From: Eledone cirrhosa
Taxonomy: Eukaryota
Assembly: GCA_964016885.1 (NCBI GenBank)
Contig: OZ024742.1
Span: 136,028,001-136,092,000, forward strand
Direction of reading: 5' to 3'
Length of the DNA: 64,000 bases
Shown here one piece after another: positions 25,545 through 39,941 of this stretch. Positions within the stretch are counted from its first letter, which is position 1. Each line of letters begins with the position of its first letter. The notes below the pieces were generated by a model. That model saw only the letters and a list, made by a program, of their open reading frames with translations, was not told the DNA's origin and searched no databases. A program made the position numbers and the translations under genes.

Positions 25545-26900
25545 ACAATAAGCCATGCTGATGACGTTTAAGCGGGTGGCAAGGAATTGATGCGGCATAG
25601 ATAGCCATGGAAGTCTTAAAGGATCATGGCGGTCAGGCAAAAGAAAGGGCCGAGGAGGGGATGGTGGCTGACAGTGCATGGATGCGGCATCCTGAGGCAT
25701 GACGATGCAGTGGAACGACGGCCAGCAGGCAAAGAAGAGGGCAAGGGTGGACGGTGGCAAGGATGCCGCATGGTGAGCCATGGCAGTCTGAAGGAGCACT
25801 GCGGGCAGGCAAAAGAAAGGGCCGAGGAGGGGATGGCGGCTGACAGAGCATTGATGCGGATTGCTGATGCATGACGATGCAGTGGGACGACGGCGTGCAG
25901 GGAACAGAGAGGGCAGGGGTTGACGGTGGCAGAGATGCGACTTGGTCACTCAAGACTGCCATGCTTAGGCAGTGGAAATGGTCAAGGAGTGGATGGCGGC
26001 TGACAGGGCAGGGATGCAACATGATGAGGCATGACGAAACGGCAGGGTGCATGGCGGCTGACAGGGCGTGGATGCGGCATGCCAATTGAGTTGCACCTCG
26101 GGAATGTAGAGAGCACTGGGAGGTACCATGATTGATTGAGAAAACCGGGTGCAAGGTAGGATGTTTATCGGCCATACATGATCGGTAGCCTTTGGAGGTG
26201 AAAGGGATGAATGTTTGTTTAATTTTGTTAAATATGGTCAAAATGAATGTAAAAAGACTTACACAGGATCGTCTTCATGTTCGGTGCTGTCTTTGGTCTG
26301 AGATAATGGGCGGTTATGTGCGGCGCAGGAATAAACCATGCTGATGACATTTGAGCAAGTTGCTGACAGGACAGGAATGCCGCATGGTGAGCCATGGCAG
26401 TCGTGAGGGACCAAGGCGTACGGGCAAGGGAGAGGGCAGGGGTTGACGGTGGCAGGGGTGCGGCTTGGTTAGGCATGGCAGTCTTGGAGGAGCACGGCGG
26501 GCAGGCAAAATAAAGGTCTGAGGAGCGGATGGCGGCTGACAGATCATGGATGCGGCATGGTGAGGTATAACGATGCAGTGGGTCGACAGCGTGCAGGGAA
26601 GGGAGAGGGCACGGGTTGACGGTGGAAGGGATGCGGCTTGGTCAGGCATGGAAGTCTTGAGCTCTCCCGAAGTGTAGGCAATGGAAATGGGCAGGGGTGG
26701 ACGGAGGCAGGGATTCGGCATGTTGAGCCGTAGCAGTCCTTAGGGACCACGGAGGGCAGGCAATGGAAAGGGCCGGGGAATGAATTGCGGCTGACAAGGC
26801 AGAGATGCGCATGGTGATGCACAACGATGCAGTGGATCGATGGCGTGCAGGGAAGGGAGATGGCACGGGGTTGACGGATGCCTCATTATGCTACGGTAGT
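25545..26900. repeat. GC-rich degenerate minisatellite inside the Helitron
   Basis: aggcaaaagaaagggccgaggaggg and catgacgatgcagtgg recur 172 bp apart, with ~85-bp subunits. Confidence 0.8.
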
Positions 26901-27825
26901 GGGACCACAGGAATGAAGAGAGCGCATGGAGGCTCGATGAACGCTTGAGAAGACTGGGCGCAATACAGGATGATGCGCGGCGGTTTAGTCTTGATAGTCC
27001 TTATATAATAAATGGAAGAATCGGCATAAAAGGTTTGCTGAATATGGTGAGCGTTAATTTAAAGACTTACGGTGGATAATCCTGATAGATTGAACGTTTT
27101 TTGCATGGTGGGAGTCGCGACAAATGGAAGCAAGAAGAATGGCGTTTTTCGGTTGCCGGATATTTGACTCTGGGGGTCCGATTATCACGTACCCCACGTT
27201 AATCCCCGCATCAAAATACATACGTACGTCAAATTTCATTGGGATCGGACAAATTTCGTAAATATCGATTTTTGCGGCTGGTGATATAATTATCGGTTTG
27301 TCGAACATTTAATGTAGCCCGCGTTCATCCACGGATCAAAATACACACTTGTGTCGAGTTTCATCGAAATCGGACGATATTTGAAAATATCAATCTTTGA
27401 CTTCTGGGGGCCCGATTATCGATTTTTTGAAAATTTCAAGTAGCCTATTCCAATCTATGGGTGGAGTTTTACATATGTGTCAAATTTCATGAAAATCGGA
27501 TGAACGGTGTAGCCTGAAAGTTCAGGACACCAAACAAACAACGCCCAACGTCACTTTATATATAAGATATATATATATATATAAGATATATTTATAAACA
27601 CACAGATACATGCGGACACACACATATATACATGAATGCATCCGCACCCAACTGTGAGTTAAGGGTGCCAACTTCACCGATGTTGCTCAATGAATGACTG
27701 GGACAGACCAATTCAGTTTGAACCAGACTGAACCAGTATCAGAGTTAAAAATACATTATGAAGAGAGAAGAAACATTTAGATATAATTAGTAATAAAATG
27801 TATCATACCTAAACTGCTCCTAAAT

Positions 27826-27913
27826 TCCTCGACTACGTAGTTTCGTGGCATAAACAAAAACAATATATGAAAGATATAGAGTCCTTGCGAGGTCTGCCGA
27901 CTTATCAAGAGGA
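27826..27913 (-). ncRNA. Hammerhead variant G1 (U3-A8 core)
   Basis: tcctc TTGATAA GT(C)GGCA...TGCCAC GAAA CTACGTAG TC gagga. Confidence 0.78.
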
Positions 27914-28416
27914 TACCTCATTTTACTAGCCTCAAGAACGCGTCTACACGACGTGAGAAAGAATCCCAAAAGGCGGAGGGGGAGATAGTCACGCGATATA
28001 ACGGTCGAGAAACAGAGCTAAGCCTCTTATAACCACGAAGGAAATACCACGGAGGCGGAGGGGGTATTCATATCGAGGCCGTAGAAGAGGTAGTGAAGAA
28101 GGCGAGAAGTATGAGTAATGGAAGCTTTCCAGTTGTCCCCACACTTCAAAGATTGCTCGACCAGAGGGAGTTATTAATATATTTATAAACACACAGATAC
28201 ATGCGGGGACACACATATATACATGAATGCATCCGCACCCAACTGTGAGTTAAGGGTGCCAACTTCACCGATGTTGCTCAATGAATGACTGGGACAGACC
28301 AATTCAGTTTGAACCAGACTGAACCAGTATCAGAGTTAAAAATACATTATGAAGAGAGAAGAAACATTTAGATATAATTAGTAATAAAATGTATCATACC
28401 TAAACTGCTCCTAAAT

Positions 28417-28504
28417 TCCTCGACTACGTAGTTTCGTGGCATAAACAAAAACAATATATGAAAGATATAGAGTCCTTGCGAGGTCTGCCGACTTATCAAG
28501 AGGA
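28417..28504 (-). ncRNA. Hammerhead variant G2
   Basis: Same as G1, 591 bp away. Confidence 0.78.
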
Positions 28505-29025
28505 TACCTCATTTTACTAGTCTCAAGAACGCGTCTACACGACGTGAGAAAGAATCCCAAAAGGCGGAGGGGGAGATAGTCACGCGATATAACGGTCGAG
28601 AAACAGAGCTAAGCCTCTTATAACCACGAAGAAAATACCACGGAGGCGGAGGGGGTATTGAGCAACATCGGTGAAGTTGGCACCCTTAACTCACAGTTGG
28701 GTGCGGATGCATTCATGTATATATGTGTGTGTCCGCATGTATCTGTGTGTTTATAAATATATTAATAACTCCCTCTGGTCGAGCAATCTTTGAAGTGTGG
28801 GGACAACTGGAAAGCTTCCATTACTCATACTTCTCGCCTTCTTCACTACCTCTTCTACGGCCTCGATATGAATACCCCCTCCGCCTCCGTGGTATTTTCT
28901 TCGTGGTTATAAGAGGCTTAGCTCTGTTTCTCGACCGTTATATCGCGTGACTATCTCCCCCTCCGCCTTTTGGGATTCTTTCTCACGTCGAGTAGACGCG
29001 TTCTTGAGACTAGTAAAATGAGGTA

Positions 29026-29113
29026 TCCTCTTGATAAGTCGGCAGACCTCGCAAGGACTCTATATCTTTCATATATTGATTTTGTTTATGCCACGAAACT
29101 ACGTAGTCGAGGA
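29026..29113 (+). ncRNA. Hammerhead variant G3 (inverted copy)
   Basis: tcctcTTGATAAgtcggca...tgccacGAAActacgtagTCgagga on the + strand. Confidence 0.78.
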
Positions 29114-29207
29114 ATTTAGGAGCAGTTTAGGTATGATACATTTTATTACTAATTATATCTAAATGTTTCTTCTCTCTTCATAATGTATATATAAGATATA
29201 TATATAC

Positions 29208-29241
<34 letters not shown>

Positions 29242-29264
29242 ATATATATATATATATATATAAG

Positions 29265-29295
<31 letters not shown>

Positions 29296-29297
29296 AG

Positions 29298-29328
<31 letters not shown>

Positions 29329-29330
29329 AG

Positions 29331-29454
<124 letters not shown>

Positions 29455-29649
29455 TTAGGTTTGTTGGTTCACCACCGGATAGAATTGGTCAATCCGTATG
29501 GTCAATCTTGATGCAATATTATGGAAAGTACTCAAAGTAGTGCAGTTCACCCGTCTTCGTTTGTGTAGTTGGTGGTGCGAATACGGAGTTAATTATTATT
29601 AATAAAATAACAGGAGGCTGGACTGGTGTAAATCCGTGAAAAGTTTATT

Positions 29650-29707
29650 ATACTATGATAATTTCAATGACCGGGTTCCGTATGAATCCGATGATATCAT
29701 CAGGTAT
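29650..29707 (-). ncRNA. Possible hammerhead J
   Basis: atac CTGATGA tatcATCGGATTC atacg GAACCCGGTcatt GAAA T tatc A TA gtat; short stem I, weak base of stem II. Confidence 0.4.
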
Positions 29708-29903
29708 TCGAAATATAACAAAGGAATATATAAAAATCCATTGGTCCGAAAATCAGTGACAGAGAAGACGACTGACCAACTAGTTGCTTTCACCTCGGTC
29801 AGTCGCCCTCAAGTGATGGCTATTCGGTCTACTAATGACCATCTGGTGAAGGGGCGAAGGCTTATAGTGTACTACCACCTCTCCGCCAGAGAATAAAAAA
29901 AGA

Positions 29904-29947
<44 letters not shown>

Positions 29948-30510
29948 TCAGCGTAAGGGTCAACAGTCAGGCAATAAAACACCGCGAAAAATGTTATTCC
30001 AAAGAACCTATATTTTAACAAAGGCATATATAATGGGTGTCTGTATGGTCTAATGTGTGAACAGACAATTGGAGCGTTAACTTATGTTCAGAGTTAAAGG
30101 ATGAAATTAAATTAAAAGTTAATAAAAATTAAGAGTTAAAAGGAATTTTAAAAATAATTAGAAAATTAATAGAAAATAAAAGGTTTGTGTTGCAGGATTT
30201 ATTTAATGAAACTACAGAGAGAGTCTTATATGAAAAAGTTTAAGTGTATTATTGGGAATCCCTATAAGTTATCAAGGTGGGATATAGAGTAAAGATAAAA
30301 GTCTTCGATTGTAAATCCCAGCCAGCACCTCCTAACCACGTGTCAGCCAGTTTCGAGTGGTATCGTCTCGCGAAAGAAATGGAAATTAATTTTTCTGAGT
30401 ACTCTAGGAACGTGACTGTCATAGGCTTCGGGTGTGTTAGCGGGAAGTCTACCATCTTCGACAGGACATAGTCTATACCAAACGAATACTATTAATTCAC
30501 ACAGGAGGGG

Positions 30511-30566
<56 letters not shown>

Positions 30567-30574
<8 letters not shown>

Positions 30575-30705
30575 TGCTATTTAAGGTAACTTAAAATGCA
30601 GTGGGAATACGAAGAAAGCAAGAACAGGGGGGGGGGGGAGTTTTCCTCATCAGTTGTCTACTGGGGGTCTAGGATATTTCTACGCTTTAAAGACAAGATA
30701 CCACT

Positions 30706-30706
<1 letters not shown>
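30567..30706. repeat. Dispersed repeat, second copy at 54497-54633
   Basis: tgtagttgcta.ttaaggtaacttaaaatg.agtgggaatacgaagaaagcaagaacagggg...gagttttcctcatcagttgtctactgggggtctagg is nearly identical in both. Confidence 0.85.
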
Positions 30707-30740
<34 letters not shown>

Positions 30741-31128
30741 TGAGTCTGTCCTATTCTTAAGATACTATTTAAACATGAAATATATTCTGAAACCAGACAT
30801 AGTCGCGGGACAAATTATACAAATTTAATACATTGTTGCGTGTATAGTTATGTTGATGTTGTTTTGTTGTTTATTCTACTTGCTGTTATTTGGGAACCGC
30901 TGGTTTCATTATTTTTTCTGGAGTTTTACTTTACATATAGTTTTGTTGCAGAAGATTTTTTTTTCTTTTGATAGTGGCATTGCTTTTGTTGCTGATTTTG
31001 GTTTTGGTGGTGGTGATGATGATGATGATGATGATGGTGGTGGTGTTGTTTCCCTTGTCATAGTCGTCCTTGGTCTGATTCAGATATTGTTATTGAAATT
31101 CTCTATATCGATCGATTTCTGTGTCCTC

Positions 31129-31162
<34 letters not shown>

Positions 31163-31172
31163 TGTGTGTGTG

Positions 31173-31219
<47 letters not shown>

Positions 31220-31270
31220 GATATACACGCAAGCGCACGCACACATATATTTGTTTGTGTAGGCGTATAA

Positions 31271-31356
<86 letters not shown>

Positions 31357-32071
31357 ATAAGCATGTATGTGTGTCTATATTATCTATTTATCAGACATAT
31401 TATACATTTATAAATGCGTCCATTCTTCACGACCAGCAGGTGATCCAGTACGTGGTTTGACAGTAAAAAATGTTTATCAATCTGTATTCAATTCCCAGGT
31501 AAGACAGCGGTCACAATAGTTGCATTAATTCTCTTGTGAATATTTTGCACAATTCTTTATTTTTCTTTACATCTTTCTTAAAAACGAGCTGTATTTTACT
31601 TGTTGTTTCTGTTTAGCCCTTAGGTTAACTTTATCGAACAGACATCTGATCAAAGACGGTCCAGCTGAAACGATACACTAAATTTTTTTTATTCATGTAT
31701 CCTTTTTTATTTATTCATCAATATTTATTTATTTATTTTGTTTCATGCGTACTATATCTAGGACTATATTATCTAATGTGCCGTTGCTTGTTAAGATGTT
31801 AAAGTGTGATTCGCGGCAGAATTGGCAATTATTTCTAACAGGTTACGTGACCAAAACTTTAGGTTTATATGTTCTCTTAACTTACTTCTTGTATATCTAT
31901 TTATTTATTTTATATTACATAATCACACCTGTTGTCATCCCCGTTTCCTCACAAGACTTCATATCCAGCCTCCCAATTTAGAAAGCTCTTCTTTTAACAA
32001 GATTGATTGCATGACTGACATTTCGGAGGGTTGTCCATCCTCCCATCTCCTACTAAACATTGGAGGCTGGT

Positions 32072-32290
32072 TTTGGTGGATTAATAGTATCGGTAAAGCG
32101 GCAGTCAGCATGATTTGCGTTATATAGTTAAGTCTCTTTAAGTTCTGAGTTCAAATGTCGCCGAAGTTAGCTTTGCCTTTCATCCTTACGTGGTTGATAA
32201 AAGAAAGTACATGTAACGCACTGGGTCGATTTAATCGACTTTCCACTCGCTCCAAAATTTCTGGCCTTGTGTCTATAGTAGGAACAATTA
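32072..32290 (+). mobile_element. Octopod SINE (longer, older subfamily)
   Basis: ttctgagttcaaat...ctttgcctttcatcc...gggtcgatttaatcgact...ggccttgtg. Confidence 0.75.
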
Positions 32291-32722
32291 TTATTATCAT
32301 ATTTATTCTTCAGCCTTTCAAGACATGGTTTACATCGCTCATGTAAGTTTGTTCTATTTTCCCGGTTCTTCAACCATTTGCATTGAAATATTTTTATTGG
32401 TTTGAAGTTAAGCGAGACAGTATTTTAGTGAGCTCGATAGTTTAGCTTTATCTGAAACCGTTAGGGGGTAAAGCTGTGTTTGGTTTTTCAAACAGGCGCC
32501 TTAATTTTCGCATACAATTAAGATGACGGACAAAGATGTTACGCCTGCTAAACGGAATGGTGGGATGTCCATAGAGTAGAACAGCCAAAAAGTCTGAAAA
32601 CAATGGCAGCAGCAGCAGCAACAACAAAAGCAGCACAGACAGCAACCAAAACAAATCACGTGCAAACGAAGCGGATTTTCCGGCTGTGCCAATGTTTACC
32701 ACAGTGAATGACCCCCTCCCCC

Positions 32723-32754
<32 letters not shown>

Positions 32755-33111
32755 GGTGGGGCTGGCGGGTGGAGTCAAATAATTTTCATACCAATAAGAA
32801 AATACTTCGATTTAAAAGAACTCAAAAATATTATATATCCCTGAATGATATTAGAATATATTTCGTACTTAAATCTATTTAGAACAATGAAAAAGAATAC
32901 CCAAGTACTTATTAAGAAACATTAAATCATCAGACCATATATCTATATATGTATGTATGAACCCGTAACTCATGATGCAGTCGTAGGGGTGTCATATATA
33001 CAAACGGCGTTTCTTGGAAATTTGTTTTACCAAGCGTAGAATATAATTTATCCAGATTTGAACACAGCAGATTTCTTCCAGAGAAGGATATATATATACG
33101 TTTATATATAT

Positions 33112-33199
<88 letters not shown>

Positions 33200-33269
33200 G
33201 TTTGAAGTTAGAAGGCTAGAACAATGCAGGTATGGATATAGAATATAAATACGAATGGAAAAGATAGCG

Positions 33270-33354
<85 letters not shown>

Positions 33355-34237
33355 GAAGAAGAACTGACACCAGTACTGAAATGGTACTATTTTTATCACG
33401 CTCGAAAGAATGCAAGCCAAAGTTGACCTCGGTAGGTTTTAAACTCAAAGAGCCGGGAAGAATACTCCAAACCGTTCTATCTGACATTCTAACCATTCTG
33501 CTAATTCGCCTCCCCAGGCCTGACATATATGCAGAATAATGATTGTAGACGATAACTACACACTATAGTATCACATAGTGGGATATTTTTAACTGTGTAT
33601 GAACGTAACAAATTTTAGATTTTATCGCAATTGACAAAATGAAACGAAATGTCTGTTTTAGCAACAAGTGATAGATTAAAAAAAAATTATTTCACTGGTT
33701 TCAGTCATTAGACAGTGGTCATGCTGGGGTATTACTTTAAAGGGATTTAGTCAACCGTATCGACACACAGAAGTTATTTTTTCAAGTCTGGTAGGTATTT
33801 TATCGATCTCTTTTCGTTGAACAGCTATGACACTGGTTATAAACAAATAGTAAATGTAAACACATAGAGACACACACACTCACTTACATACACATGCAAA
33901 CAGGCACAGAATAAACTCAAATTTCAATATCTGACATCAAAATTATTTAAAGGTCAGTTTACGGTAAGAGAGAGAGAGAGAGAGAGGGAGAGAATTAATG
34001 AGGGAGAAAATATTGTTAATGGAAACAAAACATTATTTCGTATTTAAAGAGCTTTTCACATAAATCAAAAGTGCTGTCAAACAATATTTTCTATTCCTGC
34101 GTATTGATACCGGAAAATATCGGCTAGTGATTGGTCATAGATACTGATCGATAACATATGTACAAAAATGCACTGAAGTCGATATAATTGATTTAACGAC
34201 CGATAGAAAGGAGGGACAAGTATATAACAAAATCAAA

Positions 34238-34470
34238 TATATAGAATATATTAAGGAGAGAAAATGGAAGTCGGCGGAGTATGTGTTACAAATAAATGAC
34301 AAGAGGTGGATATAGTTATGTACTGACTGGAGATCGAAGGGAACAGGTTCACGAGATGGAGATATGAGATCGATAAGTTTATAGGCGGTGCATGGTGGGG
34401 GATTGCAGAGGATAAGAACAATTGATATTGAGTTGGGAAAGCCTTCGGCTTGCTGTGAGCAATTAATGAC
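34238..34470 (+). mobile_element. RTE-clade LINE 3' fragment, degenerate
   Basis: IEYIKERKWKSAEYVLQINDKRWI*LCTDW, then a frameshift to TRWRYEIDKFIGGAWWGIAEDK, matching the KWxWAGH...RW...RWxD...W..A.DR pattern. Confidence 0.65.
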
Positions 34471-35329
34471 TGAGAATTATGAGAGAAGAGATTTTATAGA
34501 GGAAGATACGGAAGAAGAAAAGTTATGTATAGCATTTTCAAAAGTAGATTATCTAAATAACTGTAGTGCGCGGGTTTTATGGAGAAAGGGACGTTTTCAG
34601 TGATCACCTACATTTTTCACGGTGCAACGGAGCAAATTCCTTGATGGCGAGGGGGTGGGGCTGAGAGCGAGAAAGATCTATATAAAGTAAGATGGACATA
34701 AGGAGGGAAATAACTAAACATAGAGAGAGGAGGGGGAACAAACTTCAAGATAAAGGAAGAACCACTGTAGCCTTCATTGGTACTGACAAAATGAAAAGAA
34801 CATAGTAAACAGAGTCGAAGCAGGTACCGTAAAACACCCTCTCCGACTTTCTAACAATTAATTCGTCGCCGTATTATATACATAGGATAACATTATCCAA
34901 TGTGACCTTCGTTTTTTAAGAGAGTAGACTCTTATTTGAGGAAAAGTTGACCTCTATTTCTAAACGGTCTGGCTACCATGTAGTGGCCGCCTTGTTGCCT
35001 GTTATATTTAAAATGTATAGCTAGTAGCTCATACAAACAAAGATGGCGTTTGCAAGTGTGTGGGTGTGTGTTTGTTTCTAAGTGATTATATGCGTAGTAT
35101 ATGTGTATGGCTGTGCGTGTCAGAGTTTGTCTGGGCGAGGGCCATAAAATAAATAAATAGATAAAGTAGATAAGGAGATAAGAGGAGACAGAGAATAAAA
35201 AAAAAATCCTGCGAAATTTCTCAAGCATCTCTCTCGTTATCTTTAAACAGATTTACTGTACAGCCTCGAGGGAATTTGGAAATATACGCCTCAGGTCATT
35301 GTCAGCGTGTGAGGGATGATTGTGGTAAC

Positions 35330-35410
35330 GGTGATGTTGATGATAATAATCATGGTCGTGGTGATCAGGATGATGTTGATCATCATCATCATTAGCAACA
35401 CCATCACCAC

Positions 35411-35481
<71 letters not shown>

Positions 35482-35745
35482 ACAACACCACCATAACTAC
35501 CTCTATCATGGATATAATCATGATAATGCTGATGATGATAATAACAACGACGAGGATTGGATGATGTTGAGAAGAGGGGGGGTTTTGCCATGGTAGTGGT
35601 AGTATTGTTATTGTTGTTGTTGTTGCAGTGGGAGGGGGGGGGGGTTAGTTGTGGTGATGGTGGTAGTGATGGTGCGGGTAGTAACGACATTGTTGATGGT
35701 ATCGATGATCGTAATTTCAATGATGTCGATGAGGATAAGAATGAC
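35330..35745. repeat. (CAT)n/(GAT)n trinucleotide region
   Basis: Visible directly. Confidence 0.9.
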
Positions 35746-38700
35746 GTCAACTTCACACCACAAAACACCATATAGTACCTCTCTCTCTATGTGGCATCCA
35801 TCCTCTAATTTCTCTCTTAGACTTTCTGTCCGTCACAATTGTCTAGTTAATCATCGCTATCATAATCAGAATCACACAAAAAACATCATAAAAACAAAAT
35901 TTTTGTGTTTATTGCGCCTCAAGGCCAGCAAAGACAAACATTATAACACATTCTTTAAAGACAATAATTATTGCTAACACTCTCACATAGAGACTTTACA
36001 TACATATACGCCTCATACTACTGAAGATCGCAACTACGTCACATGCTGTTTGTTTGAAACCATGGTAAGAATTTATTGATATAGTTACGTACACGCAAAC
36101 GCACAAACAAATACATACCCAGAAAAACACACAAACACAGACAGCCAAACACATGCATGCATACCTGCACACACGCGTGCAAGCAAACGCACACACACAC
36201 TCAAAGATGGGTTCAGGGCATGGTTATGTGTTTAAGAAAGTTGCTTTGCAATTATATGATAGGCCCACTGTCCTACCGTTAGCACGGTTTGACCAAAACC
36301 ACGCGGAAAAAAAATTGTAAAAGCCCGTTGTAGTAATATCAAATCTGTCTGATCTTTTGTTGCAGAACTCTGGCTAGTGAGAATCTTTAGTACTGTCCAC
36401 TCAATTGGAAGCATTCGTGTCATACAGCCGAACGTAGTATGAATTGTGACTTTGACCATGTATCTGAAAAGCCTTGGAGACACTGAAAAATATCATGGAC
36501 GCCAGTTTTGTTGTCCGTCTAAGAATATTATCATTGCCGTCCTCCTCCTTTTAGCTACTCTTTAGAGTAGCTGTAGAGAAGTAAGTGGGTAGAAATAGTA
36601 TGCCCGAGAGCCATGGGTTGGTACGTACATCTTTGGCAATCGATCAAATTGTATTCTTTCGGATTTAGTTTAGGATTAACAGCAGTATTAACACAGTAAG
36701 ATTCAGAATAAATTCTGTTTGCCTATTTCCACACACATGTCATTGGTTCACCCGAGACATTTGTAAGAGACACATGTCCAAGATGCCACACAATGGAATC
36801 GAAGACGGAACCACATGATAGTAAAGCGAACTTTTTATCCTCTCAGCCATGCATGCGACCACATACAACATACAAGCACATGCATAGACACATTCGTTTA
36901 TACACACATGCTTCATTACTATAAAAGATCACTACTAAATACTCGGATACTGCGTAAAACTAGAATATGGATTTGGTGATATAGTTAGACACATACACAC
37001 ATAGGCACTCGTACACGCAAACACATATGAACAAACTTACACACGCTTGTGGTGTTGTTAGTAGTGGAGGTTTTGGTGGGTGGTTGAGGAAATGGAGGAT
37101 AATGAAGCAGATGATAGCAATGGTCATAAAGGTTGAAGGAGGCGCAAGTGTAGAAAGGAAAGCGATACAAAAATGAGTATCGAGATGAAAGAGCAACGGC
37201 GTAATTAAAAGTAAGAATAATTATTTCTTAATTAGCACAATCTAAGATGTTAGATTTTTAAATTTCATTTTCATATGATTAAACATTTTATGTATTTCAT
37301 TATTAATTTTATTTTTAAAAATGCTTTTTAAATTTTTTTTATTTTTTTTTAGAAATTGTTTGGTGAAACCAATTTTTTGAAGAAACGAAAACAAGCAGTA
37401 ACAAAATATATGGTACGTGTGTGTGTACATGTGCGTATTAAGAAATGAAATAAAAACATTGCTAACATCTTCGTACCTAACATATAACGAAAACTTTCCA
37501 TCATATAAATTTTAGAACATCTAATTTTAATGCTCATCTTATGCATAGGATTGAAAATGAATTATCTCTATTCCTGAAATAAAATACAAAGGTTTAAAAA
37601 AACATGAGGGAAATAACGTCGCTGTCGAAATAAAAAAAAAAGCGGACGGTGAATTAATGCTCTAAGATTACGATAAAATCAGCGTTGTACTACCCTGACA
37701 TGTGACTTGATCTGAGATCACCTATTGAAACTAAATCATCGTAGAAGAATCATTTTAGTGATTCAGGAAACACAAAAATTGATGTATTCACTTTGCGTTT
37801 ATCATTTGTTTCTTGATGTCAAGAATTTCGTCGCATTGTTTGCAGTCTGGTCACTGACACAGCTCCTATACACTTATTATTACTATTACAAAATATTCTT
37901 TTATTTCTAAGTGTTAGCAATGAAGACAGTTTTATTAATTGTATGGTTTTATAACGGGGTGTTAAACCATCGATAAATTTATTACCTAAAGTCTTCGCAT
38001 TTTGTATTTAATAGTAAAATATTACACGTAAATATGGTAGTATATGCTTCCCACTCGAAAGAATATAGACACTTCTGCCGTCAAACGTGACAGCTTTTTA
38101 AACTTGCGACACTTTGTACTGGTCAACTGAACGATTGGCAACGCGGGTAAAAATGGAAGGGTGTTGAAAATTATCCAGAATGTAATCAGTTTCAGCATCA
38201 AATATTCCGTATTTTTATAAAAAGTTATTAGTGAATACACTCATTCGTTCTTTCAAAAAGAAAACAAAACAAAAACCAACATATATATCGATTATGAGGA
38301 ACAGTTTAGAAATAATACGACAAACGAGCTAATTTAGTAGTATATGACGGATTGACCACTCATTCTCACACATTTGATATCTTATGCTAATGTCAGATAT
38401 CCATTTTGGTTTCACTGTCTAGCTATTTCACAACAGACTCCTAAATTCGCTTGAATTCGATTTCTAACGTATACTGTCTGTAAATCCCTCTATTTTCTTA
38501 TATTTATTAAAACAAACTGGGAGGAGCTGTTATAAGCTGTTCATTCTCACCAAATATTAATCCGAAGCAATACGTGTTGGTTTAAGTTGGCAAATTGTGA
38601 TACAATGAATTTAGAATGTGGAATGAATTTCCCGTCATGAGGAGAAAGAGAAATCTAATGATTCAAGCAGAATTCTTCATAAGATATTTTTGCATACATT

Positions 38701-39674
38701 CATGTAATCTACTGCCACTTTTGTTTGTAAAAGGCATCTTATTTGGATAATATTTCGTAAAGCGCTATATAGATAACCGGTAGACAAATGTAGACTGCTA
38801 GTAATGTGAGCCATCTTGTGTTATTTGCTTGGAAACTATTGTTGTTGTCACATTAAGAAGTCATCAATGTACAGTATAGATTATTCAAAAGAGTAATGTT
38901 CAAAAGTAGATGTTATCTGGCAGAGAAGTATGTCAAATAACAGCCAACAATAATTTTAGATGCTATAAATTCCATAACTTTTCCAATTGCCGAAGCGGTT
39001 CAAAGAAAATTTCAAAACACATAACACAATGCTTTGTGGAGTTGACTTTTCAATTTTTATTGTTGCTACAAAGTCCTGAAACCACAATTATTTATGTTGT
39101 ACTTATATTATTTTTCGAATATGGCTTTCTAAAATATCGTTATTTTTTCCTTGATGTGTATTTCTTCTAAATCTATATTGGTATGGGTTATCATTCTAGT
39201 GACATTCAAAGGTGTTATTTGGAATCATTTTATCTCTAACACCATATTTTTAAAGTCTATGAGTTAAGCATAGCGAGGTACCATCTAGGCGGGAACGGTA
39301 ACTTCTAGAAACACTAGCTAAAACTATTAAAACCAACCAAATAAATGAATTTAAAAAAAGAGAAGCCCGTTCCATTTCCTATTTACATGTATGTATGTGT
39401 GTTTGCTTGCGTGTTTGTTCGCGAGTATGTGTATGCGTGTGTATAATATTTCAGTTGCACTTCATCGCACAAAGAACCACGTTTTTATTTTTATTTCAGG
39501 AGGATAAATGTGTGTTGATGAGAATGTATATGGCACACATGCATGTAATTGTGGTCTGTATAGCTTTTGAAGTCTGGACTTTGGGACAAAATACAAGACG
39601 ACGGTTACCCCACAAATATCTCTCCATTGCCATCATGATCATGATCATCATCAAAATCTACCATCATAACACAT

Positions 39675-39716
39675 ACACTACTACTGCTGCTACTACTACT
39701 ACTAGTACTGCTGCTG

Positions 39717-39747
<31 letters not shown>

Positions 39748-39812
39748 TTATACTACTATTGCTGCTGCTACTACTATTACTACCACTACTGTTGCTGCTA
39801 CTGCTGCTGATG

Positions 39813-39851
<39 letters not shown>

Positions 39852-39860
39852 TTACTGTTG

Positions 39861-39899
<39 letters not shown>

Positions 39900-39908
39900 T
39901 TACTGTTG

Positions 39909-39941
<33 letters not shown>

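Larger units (their letters stand above)
23584..27567 (-). mobile_element. Non-autonomous Helitron (~4.0 kb)
   Basis: Minus strand starts A|TCTTATATATAAAG and ends with hairpin CCCGG gcaacg CCGGG then tacttctc CTAG|T; repeated aaatttcat..aatcgg subterminal modules; no Rep/helicase ORF. Confidence 0.8.
27589..29187. repeat. Family G: 591-bp tandem (1.8 units) plus inverted partial unit
   Basis: tttataaacacacagatacatgcgg at 27591 and 28182; 28658-29187 is an inverted copy; (TA)n flanks. Confidence 0.95.

Noticed and set aside
25533-26866. GC-rich ORFs as a captured gene
   Set aside because: Degenerate minisatellite open in several frames.
27989-28950. Repeated 75-aa ORF in family G
   Set aside because: By-product of the repeat; no motif support.
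29765-29805. GAAAGCAACTAGTTGGTC hairpin on the minus strand
   Set aside because: Resembles stem III plus GUC but lacks the CUGANGA core.
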